A stretch of 64,000 bases of DNA, taken from the NCBI GenBank assembly GCA_902523885.1, contig CABZAV010000003.1, positions 11,527 to 75,526 on the forward strand, written 5' to 3'. This DNA comes from an uncultured SAR86 cluster bacterium. GTDB lineage: Bacteria > Pseudomonadota > Gammaproteobacteria > Magnimaribacterales > AG-339-G14. Below, piece by piece: positions 46,053 to 55,088 of the stretch. Numbering within the stretch: position 1 is the stretch's first letter; each line of letters opens with the position of its first letter. The notes under the pieces were generated by a model that saw only the letters and a program-made list of their open reading frames with translations, made no database searches and was not told where the DNA came from. Position numbers and translations under genes: made by a program.

Positions 46053-46752
46053 TATGACCATTAAAGCAGTTACTTTTGATCTAGATGACACCTTATGGCC
46101 TCTCTATGACGTCATTATGAATTCTCATAAACTTTCAAATGATTGGTTGATCGAAAAACATCCTCAAATGGATGGAATCCTTTTTAGTAAAAAAGAAAGA
46201 GAAATGTGGCAAACGCTAATTAAAGCTGAGCCCTCCTTAGCAAACAGATTGTCCGAGTTAAGAAAAAAAGTTATTGAGACATTGTTGCTGGAAAATGGTG
46301 TTGAAAGTTCAGCTGCTTTGAAAGATTCTGAAGAGGCTTTTAAAATTTTTTTAGATGAGCGCCATAAGGTAACTTATTTTGATCATGTGCTGGAAGTTTT
46401 AAAAAAATTAAAAGAGACTTACCAGCTGGGAGTTTTGACTAACGGCAATGCTAGTATCAAAACTTTAGGTATCGATCATTTGTTTGATTTTTATTTAAAT
46501 GCAGAAATGGTCAATGACAGTAAGCCTGGTGCCAAAATGTTTGAAGAAGCTATGTCGATCACAAAACTCAAAGCGAATGAAATTTGTCATGTGGGTGATC
46601 ATCCTGTGAATGACATCGAAGGAGCGCTTAATGTTGGGTTCAAAGCAATATGGCTTAATGCTTTGAAGAACTCTTGGCCTGACGGACAAAAATGCCATGT
46701 CCCAGAGGTTAGAAATTGGAAAAACTTAGAATCTACAATTGCTGCTTTTTAA
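46021..46752 (+). CDS. HAD-superfamily hydrolase (YigB-like)
   Basis: Carries 'AVTFDLDDTLW' and 'VGDHPVNDIEGA'. The likely real start is the ATG at 46054 (MTIKAV...), just after the xerC stop. Confidence 0.75.
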   Translation: MTKAILMPKNNMTIKAVTFDLDDTLWPLYDVIMNSHKLSNDWLIEKHPQMDGILFSKKEREMWQTLIKAEPSLANRLSELRKKVIETLLLENGVESSAALKDSEEAFKIFLDERHKVTYFDHVLEVLKKLKETYQLGVLTNGNASIKTLGIDHLFDFYLNAEMVNDSKPGAKMFEEAMSITKLKANEICHVGDHPVNDIEGALNVGFKAIWLNALKNSWPDGQKCHVPEVRNWKNLESTIAAF

Positions 46753-47393
46753 AGCTGTGAAAGGTACTCGTCTAGACGATTGGTATTTGAAACAAAAATA
46801 GATTTTTTCTGACTAGCTTCTGCTTTTACTGTATCCAAATTCACAGCATCGCCAACTTGAATGACACCAACCATAGCCATCATGGCATGAGGCGTGCATT
46901 GGTAGACATAAACTCCTTCCTTAGTAAAAGTAATGCTAATGTCTTGACTCAAAGCTCCGTTCCAAGAATTTGCTCCTGCTGGAATCATGCCATCAAGAGA
47001 TGCAGAATTATGAGACATATCTGTTGCTACAAAATTTACTGTATCGCCTTTGGAAATTTTTATCACTGCTGGTTCGAAAACCATTATTCCATCCGCTCCT
47101 GAATTAAGCATTTTAACTTCATGTACAGGACCCTCCGATAAGGCAATTTTATTAGAACTTACTTCAACCGGTGCGCCAGTCATCGCAGCTAAAGGATTGA
47201 CTTTATAACCAGGGCCAGCGCTTGAGATTCCACAGCCATCGCCTTTTAGACATATTGAACCCATAGGTTTGGTTCTTTCTTCAATTGCGGATTCGCGCAT
47301 ATCAGAAGACATCGCAAGGCTTGCAAAAAAAATTGACAGAATTAATAGTTTCTTTGGAGAAGTCATTTGAAGGGCATTATAAAGGTAGTCCAA
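46749..47393 (-). CDS. Pseudoazurin-like type-1 copper protein with N-terminal extension
   Basis: The cupredoxin core reads 'HEVKMLNSGADGIMVFEPAVIKISKGDTVNF...MSHN...YVYQCTPHAMMAMVGVIQVG', giving His/Cys/His/Met ligand spacing. The probable start is the ATG at 47366, with signal peptide 'MTSPKKLLILSIFFASLAMS'. Confidence 0.75.
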   Translation of the reverse strand: MDYLYNALQMTSPKKLLILSIFFASLAMSSDMRESAIEERTKPMGSICLKGDGCGISSAGPGYKVNPLAAMTGAPVEVSSNKIALSEGPVHEVKMLNSGADGIMVFEPAVIKISKGDTVNFVATDMSHNSASLDGMIPAGANSWNGALSQDISITFTKEGVYVYQCTPHAMMAMVGVIQVGDAVNLDTVKAEASQKKSIFVSNTNRLDEYLSQL

Positions 47394-47400
47394 GTTATTA

Positions 47401-48594
47401 TTAAATAATATTTTCTTCTTTTAGCTCTGCTATCTGCTCGTCAGTCATTCCCAACCAATTGTTAAGAATTTCAGCAGAATGTTCGCCTAATTCTGGAGAA
47501 CTTTTATATTCTGTTTTGGCATCTCCTATCTTTAGAGGGTTGCCAGGCATTTTGACTGCTTTTCCTGAAGGTTGTATGACTTCAGCAATCATCTCTCTTT
47601 TGATCAAATCTGGATCATTAAAAACCTCGGACAATTTATTTACCGGCCCGCAAGGTACTCGATGATCATTTAATATCTTTAACCAATGATCGGACGAATT
47701 AGTAATGAATATCTTTTGCAGTACTGAGTCTATTTTGGCTCTATCTTTTGACCTACCAGTAGCAGACTTATACTCCTCTTTGTCTAAATCTTTCAAGTCT
47801 AAAGCTTTGACTAGGTTGGGCCAAAAATCCTCGTGTACGACGCTCAAAATTATAAAACCATCGGCAGTCTGGTATGAATTAAAAGGGGTATGCACAGGAT
47901 GTTCGTTTCCAATAGGCTCTGGATCTTTCCCAGAAATTAAATGCATAGTGGCCATGTAATTCAATAAACTAGCCTGACAATCCAACATAGATATATCAAT
48001 TTTCTCGCCAATTCCAGTTGCTTCTTTTTTTCTAAGAGCTGTCAATATACCAATGATGGCAAAGAGCCCAGTCGATAAATCACTTATTGGAACTCCTGAC
48101 TTTACTGGATTTTCTGAATTCAAACCGGTTAAAGACATCAAACCACTCACACCTTGGATAACATTGTCATATGCGGGTCTATTTGACTCAGCATCTTCGC
48201 CAAAACCACTAATCGAGCAAGAAATAATTTTCTCATTGTGGGTCTTTAAAGTTTCGTGATCAATTTTAAGTCGTTTCGTAACGCCTGAGCTGAAGTTATC
48301 AATGACAACATCAGCCTTTTTTACCAATTGATAAAAAATATTCTTTCCTGGATCGGATTTTAGATTCAAGGTTAAGCTTTTTTTATTTCTTCCAAGTGTT
48401 AAATGATAAGCGCCCACGCCATCTACAGAATAATCTGGATCATTTATTAAAAGGTTTCTTGTTATCTCTCCTTTTAATGGGGGCTCAATTTTTATAATCT
48501 CTGCACCAAGATCAGCCAAAACCATAGTCCCATAAGGACCAGCCAACATGTGCGTTAAATCGAGAACTTTAATTCCTTTAAGGGGTGACGACAT
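47401..48594 (-). CDS. Family III CoA-transferase (CaiB/BaiF)
   Basis: Has the N-terminus 'LKGIKVLDLTHMLAGPYGT..LADLGAE.IKIE'. 397 aa. Confidence 0.85.
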   Translation of the reverse strand: MSSPLKGIKVLDLTHMLAGPYGTMVLADLGAEIIKIEPPLKGEITRNLLINDPDYSVDGVGAYHLTLGRNKKSLTLNLKSDPGKNIFYQLVKKADVVIDNFSSGVTKRLKIDHETLKTHNEKIISCSISGFGEDAESNRPAYDNVIQGVSGLMSLTGLNSENPVKSGVPISDLSTGLFAIIGILTALRKKEATGIGEKIDISMLDCQASLLNYMATMHLISGKDPEPIGNEHPVHTPFNSYQTADGFIILSVVHEDFWPNLVKALDLKDLDKEEYKSATGRSKDRAKIDSVLQKIFITNSSDHWLKILNDHRVPCGPVNKLSEVFNDPDLIKREMIAEVIQPSGKAVKMPGNPLKIGDAKTEYKSSPELGEHSAEILNNWLGMTDEQIAELKEENII

Positions 48595-48599
48595 AAAAT

Positions 48600-49427
48600 C
48601 TAGTCTTCGTTTTCTTCTTCTCCAAGAGAAATTTTGAGCCTCATAGCCTCAGCTATTGGCTCATCAACCATTTGGCCATCAATCTTAACTGCACCCCCGC
48701 CTGATTTTTGATACTCTTCTAAGACTTTTTTACCTTCAGCAATTTCTTCTGAAGTAGGGGCAAAAGATTCATTAATAAAATCAATTTGATCAGGGTGGAT
48801 GGCTGCTTTGCCTGTAAAGCCTAAATTTTTAACTGCTTCTGCTTCTTTTTTTAATCCTTCTTTATCATCGATATAAAAAAACGGCGCATCGATGGTAAAT
48901 AAATTATACATTGCAGCGGCTAGCACTACTTTTTGTCTAGCATATAACAAAGGCTCCCAAGCAAGCTTGCATCCCAAGCTAGCCGAGGAATCGGCAGCTC
49001 CAAAAAATAATCCAACGACATCTTTGAAAGCAGCGATTTGCGTTACGGTGTCAATTGCTCTTGGGGTTTCGATTAAGGGCACCAATTTATTTGAAAAATC
49101 AATCATTGGAGCTAAGGTTGCTAAGAAATCAAAACTTTGAGTTTTAGGAAGAATTATTGCTTCTATTTGATCTTGATATGGAGAAATGGCATCGATATCT
49201 TCTCTTCCGATGGCATCCATCGCATCATTGACTCTAATAAAAACTGGTTTGGTAAAAGCATTTTCTTTAAGAAGATTGATTAGTTCTTCTCTTGCTAATA
49301 CCTTTTTATCAGCAGGACAACCATCTTCTAAGTCGATAATTAAGGCATCGGCATTGCTGTTTAAGCCACGCTCCAGTCGGTCAAGAGTGTGCCCCGGAAT
49401 GAACAGGTTCGACTTGTATTTACTCAT
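48600..49427 (-). CDS. CitE-like (HpcH/HpaI fold) acyl-CoA lyase
   Basis: Carries 'LFIPG......' and 'DALIIDLEDG' followed by 'GFTGKAAIHP.Q', the citrate lyase beta / malyl-CoA lyase pattern. Confidence 0.8.
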   Translation of the reverse strand: MSKYKSNLFIPGHTLDRLERGLNSNADALIIDLEDGCPADKKVLAREELINLLKENAFTKPVFIRVNDAMDAIGREDIDAISPYQDQIEAIILPKTQSFDFLATLAPMIDFSNKLVPLIETPRAIDTVTQIAAFKDVVGLFFGAADSSASLGCKLAWEPLLYARQKVVLAAAMYNLFTIDAPFFYIDDKEGLKKEAEAVKNLGFTGKAAIHPDQIDFINESFAPTSEEIAEGKKVLEEYQKSGGGAVKIDGQMVDEPIAEAMRLKISLGEEENED

Positions 49428-50060
49428 TTATTGTTTTCTTTCTTTCGCTATTAAAAAATCAACTACATCAAGTAAATCCTTTGTTCCAATCTCGCGATTT
49501 CCAGAAACAGCGTATTTACCATTCACAATGAAAGTTGGGACGCCTTTTATACCGTATTTTTGACCAAAAAGATCGGCTTTTTTAACATTATTTTTCAAAC
49601 CAAAGGAATTTATTAAGCCAACATACTGATCTTCTGAAACTCCATAGGTCTTAATAAAAGGAATAATCTCCTTATCTGAGGCGAGCATTTTTTGTTGAAT
49701 ATGAATGGCAGAGAAAACACCATCAATTATCTCTGGTTTGTTTAGAGCCTCAGCAATAAAAAATAGCTTTCCATGAGTTTCAACCATTTTATTCCAGATG
49801 ACAGGATACCTGTAAAAATCAACTGAACTAGGTAGTTCTTTTTTCCAATCGGTCAGAGAGCCTTCCAAGGTAAAGCAATGGCCACAGCCAAACCAAAAAA
49901 ATTCTATGACTTCGACTTTGGAATTGTCTCTGGTTAAAACTGGCTGCGATAAAACCTCATAATGCCTGCCAGGCTTATACTTATCCGCCGCTTCAGAGCA
50001 CTGAGCGCTTAGAAGAAAAATTAAAGAAAAGGCGAAAAGTTTAGTAAAGACCTGAGACAT
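49428..50060 (-). CDS. dsbA: Thiol:disulfide interchange protein DsbA
   Basis: A signal peptide is followed by 'EFFWFGCGHCF' (the CxxC motif) and 'GVPTFIVNGKY'. Confidence 0.85.
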   Translation of the reverse strand: MSQVFTKLFAFSLIFLLSAQCSEAADKYKPGRHYEVLSQPVLTRDNSKVEVIEFFWFGCGHCFTLEGSLTDWKKELPSSVDFYRYPVIWNKMVETHGKLFFIAEALNKPEIIDGVFSAIHIQQKMLASDKEIIPFIKTYGVSEDQYVGLINSFGLKNNVKKADLFGQKYGIKGVPTFIVNGKYAVSGNREIGTKDLLDVVDFLIAKERKQ

Positions 50061-50733
50061 AATTAGCCACTGCTTGAATTTCTTCTAAAGTAAGTCTGGC
50101 AGCTATTCCTTGCATTGATTTTCCCTTGGTATCGTGTCCTCTGTTGCCATTTTGATAAGCAATAAGAGAAGTAACTACGTATTCAGCCTTTTGACCACCC
50201 AACATTGGATATCCAGCAGACTCTATGCCTTTTCCTTTGGCACCGTGACAACCCGTACAAGCAGGAACGCCTGAATTTATATTTCCTGCCCTGTAAATTT
50301 TTTCCCCAAGCGCTAGATTTTCTTTATCCGCTTGTCCAACCTTCATTTGTTGTGCTGCATAGTAAGCCGCCATATCTCTTAGATCATCGTAATCATATGC
50401 ATCCAATAATCCCATCATCGAAGCAATCACCCTTTCGCCATCCTTTATGTGTTCAAGTTGATCGAACAGATAGCTTTCCCGTTGTCCTGCTAGAGTTGGC
50501 CACTGGCCAACCACACTATTGCCATCTACTCCGTGACAACCGGCACAAACCATAACTTTTCCCTCGCCAGCAATAGGGTCGCCTCTAAGAGGGGCTTTGG
50601 CTACTTTGCTTGCATCAGCTGCTGATGCTGCATGGAATAAGGGCGCTAGAAGTAAAATAAAAGCTGAAAAAATTAATTTTTTTATCATTTTTGTTCTATA
50701 TTGCGGGCTATGCGAGCGTGAATTATATACCAT
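50041..50733 (-). CDS. cc4: Dihaem cytochrome c4
   Basis: It has two haem motifs, 'CAGCHG' and 'CTGCHG'. The signal peptide 'MIKKLIFSAFILLLAPLFHAASA' suggests a probable start at 50688. The cc4-dsbA adjacency next to engB/polA matches Pseudomonas. Confidence 0.85.
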   Translation of the reverse strand: MVYNSRSHSPQYRTKMIKKLIFSAFILLLAPLFHAASAADASKVAKAPLRGDPIAGEGKVMVCAGCHGVDGNSVVGQWPTLAGQRESYLFDQLEHIKDGERVIASMMGLLDAYDYDDLRDMAAYYAAQQMKVGQADKENLALGEKIYRAGNINSGVPACTGCHGAKGKGIESAGYPMLGGQKAEYVVTSLIAYQNGNRGHDTKGKSMQGIAARLTLEEIQAVANYVSGLY

Positions 50734-50754
50734 AGCAATTGAATTTACCCTGTT

Positions 50755-51372
50755 TTGGAGATGAATAGAAAAAGTAGTTATTTGAATATAGAGTTTTTAT
50801 CAGCATGCACTGAAGCCAAGCTCTATCCTAAGGATTTTGGTAGCGAAGTTGCCATTTGTGGCCGCTCAAACTCAGGTAAATCAAGCATTATCAACGCTCT
50901 AGCTAACTCCAAAAAACTAGCGAAAACCTCCAATACCCCAGGTCGAACTCAGTCCATTAATTTCTTCAGCATCAATAGTGACGTTGACTATAAACTCGTT
51001 GACCTGCCAGGTTATGGTTATGCCAAAGCATCAAAAAAAATGCAAAAAGATTGGGGTCGGCAGATTACGAATTACATGAATTCAAGAGAATCTCTTCGCG
51101 GCATTATTTTGATTATGGATATCAGACACCCCTTCCAAAAAGCTGACCAAGATTTTTTAGCTTGGTGCAGGCAATATCATCTCCCAGTTCAGTTACTGCT
51201 GAACAAGGCCGATAAACTATCTCGCAACCAAGGATTGAATATTCTCTCGACGAGCAAAAAAGAATTGATAAATTTAGAGTTGCTCAATGAACCACTATTA
51301 TTTTCTGCTAAGACACATGATGGCGTGGAACAGCTGACAAAGAACATTTTATCTTGGGTGGAATCCGCCTAA
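50755..51372 (+). CDS. engB: Ribosome biogenesis GTPase EngB/YihA
   Basis: Carries 'GRSNSGKSSIINAL', 'DLPGYGYA' and 'NKADK'. Confidence 0.9.
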   Translation: MEMNRKSSYLNIEFLSACTEAKLYPKDFGSEVAICGRSNSGKSSIINALANSKKLAKTSNTPGRTQSINFFSINSDVDYKLVDLPGYGYAKASKKMQKDWGRQITNYMNSRESLRGIILIMDIRHPFQKADQDFLAWCRQYHLPVQLLLNKADKLSRNQGLNILSTSKKELINLELLNEPLLFSAKTHDGVEQLTKNILSWVESA

Positions 51373-51415
51373 GCGCCCATTGACAAAAAAGGAGGAGAGA
51401 GAGTATCAATGGGCT

Positions 51416-51440
51416 CTAAGGAAGAATCCTTAGTTTTCTT
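51416..51440 (+). terminator. Rho-independent terminator after engB
   Basis: The hairpin 'CTAAGGAagaaTCCTTAG' (51416-51433) is followed by 'ttttctt'. A second inverted repeat precedes it, GCCCATTGA (51375-51383) / TCAATGGGC (51406-51414). Confidence 0.55.
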
Positions 51441-51485
51441 AGGAGAAAGTCTTTAGACATAGCTCCTTCGAAAAAAGTTCACTGC

Positions 51486-54227
51486 TTAGTGTGCTTCGCC
51501 CCAATTATCGGCAATGCCGCTCTCAACTTCCAAAGGCACGCTCAGTTTGGCTGCCTTCGACATAATTTCTGAAATTTTTGTTGCCACCGAATCAGCCTCC
51601 TTGGTGGCTACTTCTAAAATAACTTCATCATGCACCTGCAGTATCATTTTTGCTTTTATATTTTCTTTTTCCAACCAATCTTGAATATTAATCATGGCAA
51701 TTTTCATAATATCTGCTGCCGTACCTTGCATCGGCGCGTTAATTGCCGCTCTTTCTGCCGCTTGTCTCGTTCTACCACTATGAATGCCTGGTAAATATAG
51801 CCTGCGTCCAAACAAAGTTTCGACAAAGCCTTTTTCTCGAGCGATTTCTTTGGTTTGTTCCATATACAACTTCACACCAGGATACTTGGCAAAGTAAGAG
51901 TCTATATATTCTTGCGCCATGTTCCTTGGGATCCCCAATGCTTTGCCTAAGCCAAAGGCAGACATGCCATAGATAAGACCAAAGTTTATGGCTTTGGCGC
52001 TGCGTCTATCTTCTTCAGAGGCGCCCTCACCAGGATTACCAAAGACTTCTGCAGCTGTTGCCGAGTGAATGTCTTCACCATTTTGAAATGCATTTATCAT
52101 ACCTTCATCTTTAGAAAGATGAGCCATAATCCTTAATTCAATTTGAGAGTAGTCAATTGATAAAAGTTTTTGTCCTTTGGGCGCCACAAAAGCGTTACGA
52201 ATCATTCGTCCCTCTTCGGTTTTAATAGGAATATTTTGTAAGTTTGGATCTGCTGAAGATAATCTTCCGGTTGTTGTAACAGCTTGTAGATAAGAAGTAT
52301 GTATGCGGCCTGTCTTTGATGAAATCTGCTCCGGCAAACTATCGGTATAAGTATTTTTGAGTTTTGCTAGTGTTCTATGTTCCAACAAAATTTTGGGTAG
52401 TTCATATTCTCTGGCCAGATCTTGCAATACCGATTCATCGGTGGATGGCTGACCGCCAGGCGTTTTCTTCATCACCGGCATGTTCATTTCTTCAAAAAAG
52501 ATTTCTCTTAAATCTTTGGTAGATGCCAAATTGAATTCTTTACCAGCTTCACTAAAAGCTTTTTCTTCCAAACCGCTGATGCGTTGCCCTAAATTATTAG
52601 ATTGAATTCTCAGAACTTCTGGATCGATCAAAGCCCCATTTTGCTCTACCTCTGATAAGACTTTAATCATTGGCAGATCTATTTCAGAAAGCACTTTTTC
52701 TAACTCGGGTTTTTGGGAAAGCTTTTCTTTTAATAATTCGTAACAACGAAAAGTAATGTCGGCATCTTCTGCAGCATAATGGCTGCCACTCTCTAAATTC
52801 ACTTGGTTAAATGTGATTTGTTTGACACCTTTGCCAGCAACTTCTTCATAAGTAGTTGTCTCGTAATTTAAATAAAACTTAGCCATCGCATCTAAATTAT
52901 GTCGAGTTGCCGTTGAATCAAGGACATAGGACATCAACATGCTGTCGCTCCCAATGTTATTTAATTCTAGGCCGTGCTGAGCCAGCACGTTGCGATCAAA
53001 CTTTATATGTTGACCAACCACTGGTACTTTTTCCAATAAAGGTTTTAATTTTTCAATCACCATTTTTTTTGAAAGTTGTTTAGGAGCACCTTCATAGTCG
53101 TGCTGGATTGGAATATATGCTGCTTCGCCAGCTTTGGCTGAAACTGAAATACCAATTAAATTTGCCACAGTAAAATCAAGTCCATCTGTTTCGGTATCAA
53201 GGGCAAGTATTTTTGCTTTGGATAATTTTTTTATCAAAGCATCAAGATCTTTCTCCGTTAAAATGCATTGATATTTCGAATCGACAGCTTTTGGTGGCAC
53301 ATGCTGTTCTGCTAGTGGTGCGACGTATTCTTTTTTTGTTGCTTTGGCTTTATCTTTAGCAGTAGCACTTTTAATAAGAGTTTTAAATTCCAAGTCAGTG
53401 AAAAGCTTGTGTAATTGATCTGTATCTCTTTTACCAACTTTCAAATCATTAATGCCAAAATCCAATTCCACATCTTTTTTTATGGTCGTAAGTTGTTGGG
53501 AGAGTTTCAATTGTTCAATGCCTTCGCGTAAATATTCACCAACCTTGCCTGAAATTTCTTCAGCATTGGCAATGATATTCTCAACAGTTTCATATTTGGT
53601 CAGCCAGTTCACCGCTGTTTTAGGGCCAACTTTTTGAACACCGGGAATATTATCTGAGGTATCGCCAACTAAAGCTAAATAGTCGATGATTTGATTGGGT
53701 TTGACGCCAAATTTCTTCATGACACCCGCTTCATCCAAAACTTCGTTGCTCATGGTATTAACCAAACGAATATTTTTAGTGACTAATTGAGCAAGATCTT
53801 TATCGCCTGTTGAAACCACTGTCTCGATGCCTTGCGCTTCGGCTTGAGTGGCTAGAGTACCGATTACATCGTCGGCCTCGACATTATCAACAACAAAAAT
53901 TTTTAGCCCCAAAGCTTCACAGATGTCATAAATAGGTTGGATTTGTGGACGCAAATCGTCGGGCATAGGTGGCCGGTTGGCTTTGTACTGATCGTACATA
54001 TCGTGTCGAAAGGTACTACCTTTTGCATCAAAGATCATGCCCACTGGGCTGTCAGGATGATCTTCTAAAATTCGCATCACCATAGTGGTGACACCTCTGA
54101 CTGCACCAGTTGGTTGCCCAGTCGAAGTCGAAAGCGGTGGTAAAGCGTGATAAGCGCGATATACATAAGATGAACCATCCACCAAAATGACGGAGTTGTT
54201 ATCTGAAGTGCTTTCTGGTCTGGCCAT
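51486..54227 (-). CDS. polA: DNA polymerase I
   Basis: 913 aa comprising a 5' nuclease, a 3'-5' exonuclease and a polymerase domain with 'DYSQIELRIMAH' and 'LQVHDEV'. Confidence 0.97.
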   Translation of the reverse strand: MARPESTSDNNSVILVDGSSYVYRAYHALPPLSTSTGQPTGAVRGVTTMVMRILEDHPDSPVGMIFDAKGSTFRHDMYDQYKANRPPMPDDLRPQIQPIYDICEALGLKIFVVDNVEADDVIGTLATQAEAQGIETVVSTGDKDLAQLVTKNIRLVNTMSNEVLDEAGVMKKFGVKPNQIIDYLALVGDTSDNIPGVQKVGPKTAVNWLTKYETVENIIANAEEISGKVGEYLREGIEQLKLSQQLTTIKKDVELDFGINDLKVGKRDTDQLHKLFTDLEFKTLIKSATAKDKAKATKKEYVAPLAEQHVPPKAVDSKYQCILTEKDLDALIKKLSKAKILALDTETDGLDFTVANLIGISVSAKAGEAAYIPIQHDYEGAPKQLSKKMVIEKLKPLLEKVPVVGQHIKFDRNVLAQHGLELNNIGSDSMLMSYVLDSTATRHNLDAMAKFYLNYETTTYEEVAGKGVKQITFNQVNLESGSHYAAEDADITFRCYELLKEKLSQKPELEKVLSEIDLPMIKVLSEVEQNGALIDPEVLRIQSNNLGQRISGLEEKAFSEAGKEFNLASTKDLREIFFEEMNMPVMKKTPGGQPSTDESVLQDLAREYELPKILLEHRTLAKLKNTYTDSLPEQISSKTGRIHTSYLQAVTTTGRLSSADPNLQNIPIKTEEGRMIRNAFVAPKGQKLLSIDYSQIELRIMAHLSKDEGMINAFQNGEDIHSATAAEVFGNPGEGASEEDRRSAKAINFGLIYGMSAFGLGKALGIPRNMAQEYIDSYFAKYPGVKLYMEQTKEIAREKGFVETLFGRRLYLPGIHSGRTRQAAERAAINAPMQGTAADIMKIAMINIQDWLEKENIKAKMILQVHDEVILEVATKEADSVATKISEIMSKAAKLSVPLEVESGIADNWGEAH

Positions 54228-54280
54228 GAATACTTTAGTTTAATGGTTAGATATAATTACTGTAAGAGTTTTTTTAAACA

Positions 54281-54745
54281 ATGAGAATCGCCCTAACTTT
54301 GATATTGATTTTTTGTCTGGCCTTACTTGGTACGGCATATTATATGGAATATGCCTTGGGCTTAGAGCCCTGCCCGATGTGCATCATACAAAGAATCGCA
54401 GTTGCTTTAGCTGGCTTAGCAGCTCTCATTGGACTGATTCACAAACAATATCCAAAAGTTTATTTTGGACTCACCGCAGTTTTTAGTGCAGGTGGCGCCG
54501 CCTCTGCCACTAGACATTTATATTTGCAATCTTTACCAGCAGATCAAGTCCCAACTTGTGGGCCAGATCTTGCTTACTTAATTGATAAATCTTATTTTAC
54601 TGATGCTTTAAGCATGCTTTTCATTGGCGATGGTAATTGTGCCGAAGTAATGTGGAGTCTTTTGGGTATTTCTATTCCAGGGTGGGTGCTTATTTGTTGT
54701 GGGCTAGTAATAATCAGCTCTACTGTTGCATACGTTCGTAGCTAA
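54281..54745 (+). CDS. dsbB: Disulfide bond formation protein DsbB
   Basis: Four-TM pattern with 'EPCPMCIIQR' and a second Cys pair ('PTCGPD ... GNCAEV'). Confidence 0.85.
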   Translation: MRIALTLILIFCLALLGTAYYMEYALGLEPCPMCIIQRIAVALAGLAALIGLIHKQYPKVYFGLTAVFSAGGAASATRHLYLQSLPADQVPTCGPDLAYLIDKSYFTDALSMLFIGDGNCAEVMWSLLGISIPGWVLICCGLVIISSTVAYVRS

Positions 54746-54998
54746 CGTTGCCAAAATAATTTTTATCCATTTTTAAAATTTCATTTTTTTTAAAAAATAT
54801 ACGTACATAATATTTTCTAACGACCGAAACTATAGTTAAAACTAAAGTTTGTACAATCGATATGTATAACGCATTGACAATACCCATGGTTAACATCAAA
54901 GCCAAAGTTGTATAAGACAAAAACCAGGCTATTGGCATGGCAATGGCCGTGTCGGTCATGGATTCTTTTAAAGTTTTTCTATCAATTTTTTTCATCAT
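54720..54998 (-). CDS. Hypothetical small membrane protein (92 aa, two predicted TM helices)
   Basis: The hydrophobic segments are 'AIAMPIAWFLSYTTLALMLTMGIV' and 'ALYISIVQTLVLTIVSVV'. It is divergent from the WYL regulator gene, and its 3' end overlaps dsbB by 26 nt. Confidence 0.4.
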   Translation of the reverse strand: MMKKIDRKTLKESMTDTAIAMPIAWFLSYTTLALMLTMGIVNALYISIVQTLVLTIVSVVRKYYVRIFFKKNEILKMDKNYFGNVSYERMQQ

Positions 54999-55032
54999 AC
55001 TTTTGAAAAGGACAAAATTATATTCTCTTGAT

Positions 55033-55049
55033 GCGACAAATTTTGTCGC
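55033..55049. promoter_or_regulatory. Palindromic operator candidate, copy 1 (GCGACAAAtTTTGTCGC)
   Basis: This is a perfect 17-bp palindrome 40 bp upstream of the WYL regulator start. It lies between a -35-like TTGATG (55028-55033) and a -10-like TATAAA (55050-55055). The same core recurs at 61532 and 62988. Confidence 0.5.
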
Positions 55050-55088
55050 TATAAATGATATAATTAATCAGTTAATCGGGGCCTAAGT

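Noticed and set aside
51375-51414. The inverted repeat GCCCATTGA / TCAATGGGC, with a 22-nt purine-rich loop ('caaaaaaggaggagagagagta'), located between engB and polA.
   Set aside because: It is probably part of the engB/polA termination region. The adjacent tighter hairpin at 51416-51433 carries the U-tract. I have no evidence that it is a separate RNA gene or a repeat family.
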